Source of the DNA: Mobula hypostoma
Lineage: Eukaryota
DNA length: 64,000 bases
Reading direction: 5' to 3'
Assembly: GCF_963921235.1 (NCBI RefSeq)
Contig: NC_086102.1
Coordinates: 141,918,001 to 141,982,000, forward strand
Below are positions 12,401-24,209 of the stretch, in pieces. The position numbers were made by a program, and so were the translations under genes. Numbering within the stretch: position 1 is the stretch's first letter; every line of letters starts with the position of its first letter. The notes beneath the pieces were generated by a model, which searched no databases, had not been told where the DNA came from, and saw only the letters and a program-made list of their open reading frames with translations.

Positions 12401-13765
12401 CTCTATGGAGATGTCGATCAGTATTGGGGAAATTAAAATCTCCCATCATGACAACCCTGTTATTATTGCACCGTTCCAGAATCTGTCTCCCTATCTGTTC
12501 CTCGATGCCCCTGTTACTACTGGGTGGTCTATAAAAAATACACAGTAGAGTTATTGACCCCTTCCTGTTTCTAACTTCCACCCACAGAGACTCAGTAGAC
12601 AATCCCTCCATGACTTCCTCCTTTTCTGCAGCTGTGACACTATCTCTGATCAGCAGTGCCACACCCCCACCTCTTTGGCCTCCCTCCCTCTCCTTTCTGA
12701 AACATCTAAAGCCTGGCCCTCTAAGTAGCCATTCCTGCCCCTGAGCCATCTAAGTCTTTTTAATGGTTACAACTTTATAGCTCCAAATACTGTTCCACGC
12801 TCGAAGCTCATCCGCTTTGTTTATGATACTCCTTGCATTAACATCTCGAACTATCAATCTAAGCGCATCCCTTCTCTATCACCTGCCTATCTTCCCTCTT
12901 ATACTGCCTACAAGATTTCTCTATTTGTGAGCCAAACACTTCTTCCTCCATCTCTTCAGTTTGGTTCCCACCTTCCAGCAATTCTAGTTTAAACTCTCCC
13001 TAATACTGTAGCATTAGCAAACATCCCCGCCAGGATATTCGTCCCCCTCAGATTCAAGTGCAAACCATCCTTATTGTACAGGTCATGCCTGCCCCAAAAG
13101 AGGTCCCAATGATTGAGAAATCTGAAACCCTGCTCCCTGTTCCAATCTCTCAGCCACGCATTATTCTTCCACCTCACTCTACTTCTATACTCACTGTCAC
13201 GTGGCACAGGCAGTAATCCTGAGATTACTACCTTTGAGGTGCTGCTTCTTAACTTCCTTCCTAACTTCCTATAGACTGTTTTCAGGACCTCCTCCCTTTT
13301 CCTACCTGTGTCGTTGGTACCAATATGTACCACGACCTCTGGCTGTTCACCTTTCCAATTCAGGATATTGTGGACATGATCAGAAACATCCCGGACCCCA
13401 GCACCTGGGAGGCAAACTACCATCCGTGTTCCTTTCCTGCGTCCACAGAATCATCTGACTGACCCCCTAACTATAGAGTGCCCTATCACTGCGGCCATCC
13501 TCTTCCTTTCACTTTGTAAGAAGTGATAGTATTCAAACTCTGTCATAGCTGTTGAGCATCGTTCATTGATTCAGGTTTAGCCTGGAATTACCACTTCATT
13601 CGTGAGATGGCTTTCCAGAAATTGTACTTGGACCTCTTGTAACGTTCTTGTTTGCCAAACATGAATGCCTCTGATCTGGCTCTCAGCAGACTGCGGATAT
13701 GAATCATCCAACACTTCTATATGGGGAAATCTCTGGCTGATTTTGTAGAAACACACACATCTGAG
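9455..13765 (-). mobile_element. Rex1/Babar fossil copy B, split by a CR1 insertion (pieces ~9455-10030 and ~13508-13765)
   Basis: [27 protein letters not shown] (9502..9705); sequence resumes after the CR1, collinear with copy A. Confidence 0.75.
10031..13510 (-). mobile_element. CR1 LINE, ~3.5 kb, with SGNH-esterase ORF1, APE endonuclease and RT (disrupted)
   Basis: ORF1 VVCLPGA..VVVHIGTND..WDLFWGR.DLY.KDGLHLN (12989..13423); APE GGGVALL..YRPP..MGDFNFP..LDLVL..SDHN (12138..12749); RT YMDFSKAFDKV, QGSVLGP, KFADDTK; (TTTCTATG)n-type tail at ~10031-10053. Confidence 0.92.
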
Positions 13766-14319
13766 ACCACTGACTTATCAGAGGCAATTATTGATTTATT
13801 GACCTTTTTCACATCAGAAAAATGAACTGAAAGGAATGGAATATCACAAGGGTAGTGAGGAAATCCAGAATGTGGAGGTAATTGAAATGCTGAGTGTATG
13901 TGTACAGTTCTTCAATGACAGGAGAGTGGAAGGCTTTGATTGTTCAACGTGTTCAACAAGAGAAGTGGAGCAAACATAATGAATGCGGGAGGTGGGAAAA
14001 CTACAAGGAACTACTGCAAAAGGCAATATTAACTCACACGGAGGATCAAATGGATTATGAAGGGAGAGGCAGCAGTAAATATTGAAGACAAATCATGTTT
14101 GACTCATCTGGCTGAATTTACTGATGAAAGAATGGAGGCGGCGATTAGTGTTGTGTAGAAGAACCTGTATAGATGGATTCTCAAAAAATGTTTGTCGGTT
14201 GAATAAGGTGTATCCTCAACTTAGGCAGTTTGGGAAAGAGAACCAAAATTCTACTTTGACCAAGGTGAATGGACCTGGGTGATACGTAGCTGTGAATGTT
14301 CCTGAACTGTTTGGTTTAA

Positions 14320-14549
14320 ACAACAATTAAAATGATAAGAAAGCACAACTGAATGAATCCACGATGCAACAAATGTCTTTCTGTTGTTTTTTGACAATAA
14401 ATGAAAAAAAAAGATTTTGCTGATGTTTAATGTTGTGTCATCAGAATAACAAGAAAATGCCTAGTGAGGCCTTTCTACCCTGCATATAAATACCAACTTG
14501 TGTTAGGCTGTGAAACATTCGGCTGGTTACCAGACTCACTGTGTTCAAA
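14320..14549 (+). promoter_or_regulatory. crystallin proximal promoter copy 2
   Basis: TATAAATA 14485-14492; ATTTTGCTGATG motif; paralogous to the copy 1 promoter. Confidence 0.7.
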
Positions 14550-16846
14550 ATGGGAAAGGCAAGGGCTACTCAGTAAATGAACTAAATGAGAATTCTTCAT
14601 GAACACCTGAGCAACTAATAACACAGATATGTTTCTTCCCACAGATCATCTTCTACGAGGACAGGAACTTCCAGGGTCGGCACTATGAGTGCAGCTCCGA
14701 CTGTGCCGACCTCTCCCCTTACTTCAGCCGCTGTAACTCCATCCGTGTCGAGAGTGACTGGTGGGTGTTGTACGAGAGACCCAACTACATGGGATACCAG
14801 TATGTCCTGAGCAGGGGAGAGTATCCTGACTACCAGCGCTGGATGGGATTCAATGACTGTGTCAAGTCCTGTCGCAGTTACCCACCTGTAAGTTTCAATT
14901 TTTTTTCAGGGCACTTGACTTTTTTCAGTTTGTCTCTATAGATGGAGAATTTGCCCAGAAAGTGCCTAATGGGTTTCAAATATGCCTGTGTGTATTAACA
15001 TTAGATTAGATTAGATTATGAGGACACTCAGTCTTCGTTTATTGTCATTTAGAAATTCATGCATTAAAAATGATACAATGTTCCTCCAGAGAGATATCAC
15101 AGAAACACAGGACAAACCAAGACTAAAACTGACAAAACCACATAATTATAACATATAGTTACAACAGTGCAAAGCAATACCATAATTTGATAAAGAGCAG
15201 ACCATGGGCACGGTAAAAAAAAGTCTCAAGTCGCGATAGCCCCATCATCTCACGCAGACTGTAGAAGGGAGAAACTCTCCCTGCCATGGACTCCAAGCAC
15301 CGCAAACTTGCCGATGCATTGGAAGCACCCGAACGCAGCCGACTCTGAGTCCGTCCGAAAACTTCAAGCCTCCGACACCAAGCACCGAGCATCATCTCTG
15401 CCGAGCGCTTCGACCCTGCCCCGGCCGCCGAGTAACAAGTAAAGCCGCGGACTCGGGGCCTTCCCCTCCAGAGATTCTCGATCACACAGTAGCAACGGCA
15501 GCGAAACAGGCATTTCAGAAGTTTCACCAGATGTTCCTCCGTGCTCTCACATCTGCCTCCGTCAAATCAGGATTGTGCACGGCACCCTGCTTGACAGATA
15601 ACAGACATCATCATCACTGGAGTGGCCGCTGCAAGCGGCGTCGCAGTGTCATCTTCTCCTCCCATCGGGCATTTCGATGTGAAATGGAAGTAGTGTTGAG
15701 TCTCTTAAAGAGCAATAAGGTGGATAAGTCTTCACATCTTTCCTACAAATCTGGAGTATTGCATGCAGTTTTACACTGTTATATGAATGATGGTGAGACT
15801 TTAAACGATGCAGAAAAGGCTTATCAGGATGCTGCCTGGATTAGAGAGATTGTGCTATAATGAGAGATCAGAAAAACTTGGGTTGTTTTCTTCTGGAGTG
15901 GTGGAGTTTCAGAGGGAGATCTGATAGAGATTTATGACAGGCATAGTTAGAGTAGAGAGACAGTATCTTTTACCGGGTTTAAAATATCTCATACCTGATG
16001 ACAAACATATAAGGTGAGAGGGTGTGAGTTCAAAGGAGATGTGAGGAGCAAGTTTTTTACACAGAGAGAGGTGGGTGTCTGGAATGGACTGCCCGGAGTG
16101 ATGATGGAGGAAGATACATTTGGAACTTTTAGGAGATGTTTGGATAAGCACATGAATGTGAGGGAAGTGGAAGGATATGGGCACTGTTTAAGCAGAAGGG
16201 ATTAGTTTAGTTGTCCGTTTAAGTTAAATAGCCAACTAACCCTTTACATTTTCTAATTTAATTAGTTGGGCACAACAGTGTGGACCAAAGAGTCTGTAAC
16301 TGTGCTCTACTGTTCTATGTTCTATGTTCTAAGTGCAGAATTTCTCATATTTATTTTTGCTGTTTTCTTCTTTAACTTCTGTTTGAACCAGCAGCAATGC
16401 CGGTTGGAGGCATCCTTGAGGCAAATAATTAATGAAATGATCAAATTACATCTGAATTTATTTCCCATTGAAGTCAATGTCTAGTTTGTAAAATAGTGCT
16501 CAGATGTAGTGTAGAATGAGTGAATGATTTACAAAAGACCACTACTAAAGTTCTGTGTTTCCTATTCCAGTACCGAGGTGGAAACTACAGGATGAGAATT
16601 TACGAGAGGCCTGACTTTGCAGGACAGATGATGGAATTCATGGACGAATGTTCCTCAGTCTACGATCGTTTCCGTTACCATGACATCCACTCCTGTCAGG
16701 TGATGGATGGTTACTGGATCTTCTATGAACATCCCAACTACAGAGGCCGACAGTACTTCCTGAGACCCGGGGAATACAGGAGATACAGTGACTGGGGTGG
16801 ATACAACTCAATGATCGGCTCCTTCAGGCGCATGAGGGACTTCTAA
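14550..16846 (+). CDS. gamma-crystallin copy 2, 175 aa; join(14550..14558,14645..14887,16571..16846)
   Basis: Same 9/243/276-nt exon structure, open frame, intact splice sites (AAG/gcaagg, cacag/ATC, CCT/gtaagt, ttccag/TAC), TATAAATA 14485, AATAAA 16897. Confidence 0.96.
15001..15662 (-). mobile_element. ~0.66-kb non-autonomous retroelement (SINE-like), copy A, in intron 2 of gene 2
   Basis: Reverse complement of the elements at 33442 and 54347; 5' ggaggagaagatg, 3' aatgacaataaa..cctcataatc(taatc)n; absent from paralogous introns. Confidence 0.85.
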
Positions 16847-18489
16847 AAGTTGCTATTGAAAATCTGATTTTGTCTTGTTAAAATATTTATGGAGGTAATA
16901 AAATACCTTTAATGACACAATCAGCTCATTTGGTTCATTTACCCTGATTCCACTGGAAGTCCCAGTATAACAGAAATCATAATCTGAGGTCCACATTAAA
17001 TTATTTTACCTGAGTTGGTTCCAGTTAACAGATAACATTATGATGATTCATCGGAGGCTGAAAAATCTAAAATGAACAGAAAGTTGTTCTTTGCCTTTGT
17101 GTCCATTGTGTGACATTGTGCTCCATTTCTGAACTTATTTCCAGTGAATTAAATTAGTTCAAATATCTATCTTTATGAGTTTCATGATTCTGATGGTTTA
17201 GTTAAGTGACTCGGATTGGAACAACACAGGAAGCAACGCTTTTCAAAGCTTCAAACGTTCATTTTATTGTTGAAGTATGGTTGCACAATACAACTCTGAT
17301 ATTCATCTTCTCCAGATAACCATGAAATACCAAAGAACCAAAGGTCATTTTGAAGGAAAAGACATCAACTCTCTGTATGTAACATGAAAAAAAAGCAATA
17401 CTCGCAAACCCAAACCCCCCACACCACCCCCCACACAAAAAAACTAACGGATCAGCCACATGGAAAATGGCAGCTGGAACATCAAAAACTGCAAACCCCC
17501 CAATCCTAGCCCTTGCAAAAAAAAAAACAGTGACAATGACATCAAACCCTTGACCCCCTCCCTCACAGAAAAACAGTGACAATAACATCAAAACCCCATC
17601 TCCAACTCTTGCAAAAAATCAGTAACAATCACATGAAAACCCTCAAACTCTCTCCCTCACAAAAAACTAACAGATTGCCCACACAGAAAATCACCAACAA
17701 GTACATCAGTACCTGAATCAAATCCCAACTGCTTCCTCTCAGAAAAAGTAAAATATCAACTGATAGGCAAAAAGAAAGAAAACTGACAACTGAAGGAGAC
17801 CTATATAACGTACGGTCCAATAATCACATAAATCTCCAAATATTAAAACATCCTCTCTTAAGCACTTTGAGGAGAGTGGCCACACAAACTCAGTCTTTCT
17901 GTGAAGAACGACCACAACTCTGGGTTTGAATGCCACTGATCCAGCTACTGACCGCTGTTGACCCTATGACATCCATTGAGTGTAAGCCCTGACCTCCGCA
18001 TTTGCCTCCATGCTTCAATCTTCCTGGATGGTTCGAAATGAAGTTGCTTGTGAACATACATGCCCCACCTTCGGTCTTTTCTATGAGGCTGCTTGTGCTT
18101 TTGGTTCTCTTTGGGATTCTTTCTCCAGATCTCTTGATGAGGCAGCTCATTCTCTCGGTCCTCTCCGGACACAGCTGAGTGCCAGATCATTTGATGGAAT
18201 TCCAAACTGCATGTCACAGGCAATTTCTGTAACGCAATGAAGATAAAAGGAGCACACAGAAGATGTGGAGAAAATGAAATAACTGAAAAGATTGGCTATT
18301 TTTGAGATGTCTCTTGGGGAATTGTTGTTCACAGATGCTTCCTTGACCAGAAGATTTACAAAATGTTTGACAAGTTTTATTTTTACATTTACAAAACATG
18401 ATGAATTCTGCCAGAGTTGAGACTGGTGTAAATAACATGATGACCTGGACAGAAACCTGCTAGATACTTTATACCTATCTATGACTCTG

Positions 18490-21400
18490 GGTTCCGGGGA
18501 CGTCATCGTTCAGAATGGCAGCTTAAATCAACAGCCCCTCCGGAAAAACGCATATTTTGCCCCGTTAATCCATCAAATACAAGATCTTTCGAAAATATCT
18601 GAATTGATAAGGGGGGCAAGAATGGGGAGAAAGAATGCGGAGCTGATGGAAGAGAGAGGTGCAGTGCATGGCCCTCCTACACCTACGCGTGGCGGCAAAG
18701 CTGAAAGTCCAAAACTATATAAAACAGCAACTCAATGATACCAAGTCAGAGCTCGCCAATGTCAATCAGAAAATAGCGGTGGCAGAGACTGGAATTGAAA
18801 AGGTGGAAGATCGCGTGCAAAACCTGGAACAGATACTAAGTAAGACGATAAAAATATTAAATCAACAGGAAAGTAAATTGCTTGGCCAGGAGGGAAGACT
18901 GCGACAGAAAAATATCGGGATTTATAATGTTTCCGAAGGAGCGGAGGGGTTGTCGATGATGGACTTTGTAGACAAGCTGCTGAGGGAAGTGCTGGAGCTT
19001 CCCCAGACTATGGAGATTGAAATTGAGAGGGCACATCGTTCGCTCGTCCGGCAGCCTCCCAGAGACGGATAAAGTAAACCGCGCTCAATTGTACTTAAAT
19101 TTCTTCGATTCAAGAGCAAGGTGGAGATTCTACAAAGGGCCTGGGGTAAGGAGAGGGTTTTTTGGAACGGGAAGTTAATATACTTAGATCATGATTACCT
19201 TCCGGTGGTCCTACAGAAACGGAAAAAGTATTCTGAAGCGAAACGAATATTAAAGCAAGAAAAGATTAAATTCCAAACCCCGTACCCTGCTAAACTGAAG
19301 GTATTTTACCAAGAAGGGATACGACTATACCAGACAGTGGAGTAGGCAATTACAGACATGAACAATAGAGGACTGCCCATTAGCCTGGTCAAACCAAGGG
19401 AAAGTCTGGCTGAGCAGTTATCCCGATCTGCTTGGGAAATAGAGAACCTATAAAGCAGGGGACGGGAGTAGGACGAGAGAAGGATATTAGGAAGAGACCG
19501 TCAGTTCCCCGAGAGCAGCCCTCACCTCCTCCAGAAGAGCCATAAGGTTTGGCTAACTTTAAAAGTGCTGATAAACTAAATGGAAGTAAAAATAGACAGT
19601 GATATACTTATCTCGAGAAATACATGTTATAATGTGGATTTTATATTACTCAATTTTTTAAAAGTCATTTATTCATTCCTTTTTCCCCACCTAAATGAGA
19701 AATGGGAGGAATACACAGGGAAATAATTTCTGTTTAATGGACATAGTTTTTTTTTACTTACTTTTATTGGTACTGCAGCGGGGGCCCTCAACCCACAGGT
19801 AGGAGGGGCTATCCCTTTTCTTCTAGCTCAACCCAGGGTCATCTAGAGACCCCAGCCTTGGAATCACACCTTCGTTACCTTTTTTTAATTATTCACGTTT
19901 CTTGGCTCTTATTTGTTCAGGGGGTAGATCGATTAAGTTATATTCTGCAAATTTCAATGATATACTAACAGATAAATACACATGGCTAAGGACAAAGTAA
20001 AATTCATTTCTTTTAATGTCAATGGGCTGTTCAATCCAGTCAAGCGCAGTAAAATTCTGTCAAAAATGAAAAAAAGAACAAGCCCATGTAGTATATTTAC
20101 AGGAAATTCACTAAGTGATAATGAGCATGGAAAATTAAAGAGAAAGGGGTTCACTAATTTGTTTTTCCCCTCATAAATCAGGACATAGAAGAGGAGTTGC
20201 TATTCTCATCTCAAGTAAGCTAAATTTTGAAAAAGTATTCAAAATGGGAGATAAGGAGGGCAGATATATTCTGGTAAGGGGGAATATAGATGGAAATACA
20301 GTTACTTTATTGAATATATGCGCACCCCCAGGAAGTGATATTAGTTTCTTCCAGAAAATTACTAATACTATGGTAATGGAAACAGAAGGTCTCTTGATAT
20401 GTGGGGGAGACTTAAATTTACAATTACAACTAAAGTTAGACTCTTCCAGTAGAAAAACTTATGAAACAAAGTCCTTACATAAGGAAGTTAACACTCTTTT
20501 TGAGGATGCTGGTCTAATTTATATATGGAGGGACCTTCTCCCCGACAGAAGGGATTACACTCATTATTCTGCCCCTCATTCCGTATATACAAGAGTAGAC
20601 TATTTCATAACATTTGGAAAAGATAGAGACAAAATAATCACCTGTGGAATTGGGACAACAGATGTAAGCGACCATGCACCTATATATTTATCTGTTGATT
20701 TTGACCTACAACCAAAGAATACTATTTGGAAACTAAATTCAAGTCTACTCAATGATCCCTATTTTAAGGAACAAATTAAAAAAGAAATTGGTCTTTACTT
20801 AGAATTCAATGATAATGGAGAGGTTTCACCTCCCATTTTATGGGATATTCTGAAGGCTGTCTTAAGAGGGAAAATTATAGCGATATCTTCATAAAAGAAA
20901 AAAAAAGGAATAAAACATTAGAGGAAATATAAAATAAGCTGAAGGAACTAGAAAAAAACACAAATTGAGTTTGGCACAGGATACACTAGACGAAATTTAA
21001 AAAATAGAAATGAAATTAACAGTTTGGCTACTCAAGAAATTAGAAAATAATTATTGTTTCTGAAACAGAGACACTATGAAAGTGGATCTAAATCTATGAA
21101 AATACTGGCGTGGAAACTGGAAAAAAAGATAGCAGAAAATACGATTCATAGAATAAGGGATCCAAGAACAAAAGTGATAAAAAAAAGCTAAGTGAAATTC
21201 AAGAAGCTTTTGAAATGTTTTACAAAATTCTATATTCCGAAGTTCCAGGAGGAAGCATAACCCAAATTGACACCTTCCTGAATTCTTTAGAGTTACCCAC
21301 TTAAGGAAAGAACAAAATAGAACAATGACGGCTGACATAACTGAAGCTGAACTAAAAACTGTAATTAGTAGGCTTAAATTAAGCAAGTCACCAGGATAAG

Positions 21401-23908
21401 TTGTTTACACGGCAGAGTGGTATAAAGAGTTTAGAAGTGAGTTAATTCCTATTTTACTGCCACACTGAACTGGGCCCTGAGAAAGGCGCAAATGCCACCC
21501 AGCTGGAAGGAGGCAATAATCTCAGCTATACCGAAAGAAGGCAAGGATAAAATGGAATCTGGGTCATTTAGACCAATATCTGTTCTTAATGTGGATTATA
21601 GAATATTTACTTCCACCATGGCCAAATGATTAGAAGAGTTTCTACCCACAGTGATACATAATGATCAGACAGGTTTTATACAACAACGCCAAACACAAGA
21701 CAATATACGAAGGACACTTCATATTATGGAACATATTTAAAAAAATGAAATTGAAGCAATAGTGATAAGCATGGATGCTAAAAAGGCATTTGATTCGGTT
21801 AATTGGAATATTCTTTACAGAGTTTTACATAGATTTGGTCTACATGACACAATTATTAAAACTATTCAGGCTCTATATGACAATGCTACTGCCAGGATTA
21901 AAATGAATAGATATTTATCTAATAGTTTTACCCTAGAAAGGGGCACAAGACAGGGTTGTGCATGGTCACTGCTACTCTTTGCATTATATCTGGAACCATT
22001 AGCTCAATACATCAGACAAAATGAAGATATCAGGGGAATTACTACTAAAGGGACAGAGCATAAATTGGCCTGTTATGCGGATGACATTTTGATCTATCTA
22101 GGGCAACCAACAGACTCTTTACCTAAATTGATGCAATCCTTTGAACAATATGGCCAATTATCAGGATACAAGATCAACATAGATAAAACCCACCTACTTT
22201 CATATAACTAAAGCCCACCAAGAGAAATTTTAAGTAGATATCCTTGGGCATGGCAAACAGAGTCTGTCAAATATTTGGGCATCACTATGCCAAAAGATTT
22301 GTCAAGATTATCAGAATGCAATTATCAGCCTATATATAAAAAAATAAGGAAGATATAACAAGATGGAACCTAATTCCTTTTCTTGGTCTCAGTTTAAGGA
22401 TTGCATCTATTAAAATGAATATACTGCGCAGACTACTATGTCTCTTTCAGACCCTACCAATAGAGATTAACCAAAATCAATTCAATGAATGGAACAAAAT
22501 GCTATCAAGATATATATGGCAAGGTAAAAGGCCTAGGGTTCATCTCAAAACTTTGCAATTATCCAAGGAAAAGGGGGGATGGGGCCTACCTTCTCTTAGA
22601 GATTACTATTTTGCAGCACAGTTGAGAGCAGTGATATGCTGGTCCAACCCATCATATGACGCACAATGGAAAAACATTGAGGAGAGGATACTTTCCATCC
22701 CCATACAGGCAATTTTGGCTAATAACAACCTACAAAGTTACATAAATAATATTGACAATCTGTGGGTGAATGAAGTCTTAAAATATGGAAAATTATTATA
22801 AAAGAATATAAACTAGAGAGAGACATTGCAATTCTTAAATGGTGTGCATATGACTCAGATTTTACGCTGAATAAACTGGATGCTAGATTTAAAACACTTA
22901 CTAGAAAAACAAGACTTTTACCGGTATTTACAGATGCAACCGTATGTTAATAGGACGGTTAAAAATGTAACCAAGGCAAGTACATGTCTGATAGAGCTAT
23001 TTAGAAAAGCATATAATTCAGACAACAGTATTAGAATAATTTTAAGCGTTTATAAGGGTTTGTCAAATCTTAAAACACACTCGACTTCATACGTTAAAAC
23101 AAAATGGGAGAAGGAAGGAGGGATAATAATATCTGAGGAAGACTGGACAATAATATGGAGGTATCAATGGAAGTGTACCAGTTCACAGAAATGGAGGGAG
23201 CTCGGGTGGAAAAACTTGATAAGATATTTTATTACACCCTCTCAGAAATCCCATTATAATAGTAATCCCCCTGCTTGCTGGAGAAATTGTGGAAATCAAA
23301 ATGCAAACCATTATCATATTTTCTGGGAATGCCCTGTTATCAAAGACTATTGGAGTGGGATACATAATGCCCTACGAGACATCTTTAAATGTGAAATACC
23401 CTTAGAGAGTAAGACCATATATTTTGGGTATATACTTCAAGAATGATTGAAAAGAGATAAATATTTAATGAATGTACTGCTGGTGGCTGGTAAAAAGACC
23501 CTTCCCAGGAAATGTTTATCTCAGGAGAGCCGAACTTTAAATGTATAGATGGAAATTACAATGGACATTTACAAAATGGAGAAGATAACAGCATCTGTTG
23601 AACATAAGTTGGAACAATTTTATTCATACTGGAAAAATGGTTTAACTATATACCACCTCATAGGCCTGATCTTATTCTCACAAGTCAATGAATATGTTGT
23701 TAAAAAAAATCACTCCCTACTTTGTACATAGTTTTCTTCTTTCGATTGTTCTATCTTTCCTTTCTATAAGTGTATACCTCAGATAAATATTATGTGGAGA
23801 TTTGTGACAAATATGTTTATATAATATATATGTACAGTATCTGAAACACATTTTATGGAAATGTTTGTTTGATGATGAAATTCAATAAAAAATAAATTAC
23901 AAAAAAAA
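18490..23908 (+). mobile_element. near full-length L1-clade LINE (ORF1 ~18620-19500, ORF2 ~19982-23660, both disrupted), 16-bp TSD
   Basis: ORF1 coiled coil, NIGIYNVSEG..IERAHR..YPAKLKV; ORF2 FISFNVNGL, GGDLN, RVDYF, SDHAP, DAKKAFD, RGTRQGC, YADD, CWRNCG..HIFWEC; aataaa plus A tail; TSD cctatctatga(c/t)tctg at 18474-18489 and 23909-23924. Confidence 0.95.
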
Positions 23909-24209
23909 CCTATCTATGATTCTGTATGAGTCCGCATTGTGAAGGATGCAATTTGAGTCAATTTAGGATGAGAGGGGAAAGAGAGGACTTGAGGAGCACA
24001 TTTTTCACACAGGCCATGGTGGGTATATGGAACAAGGTACCAGAGGAATTTGTAATGGTTGGTACAATTTCAAAGTTTAAAAGGCATTTAGACAGGTGCA
24101 CGGATTGCAAATATGCACCAATGCAGGCAAGTGGAACCTGCACTGGTTTACAAATTGGTCAACATGGCTGAGTTGGGCTGAAGGGCCTGTCACTGTGCTG
24201 TATAACTCC

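Noticed and set aside
12989-13423. SGNH/GDSL esterase-like ORF as a host enzyme gene
   Set aside because: It lies directly 5' of APE and RT on the same strand and is the known esterase domain of CR1 ORF1.
13844-14085. Recurrent small ORFs upstream of each promoter (..VVPCSFPTS..; ..IEMLSVCVQF..) as a conserved micro-gene
   Set aside because: Starts, stops and frames differ between copies; recurrence reflects the duplicated DNA block.
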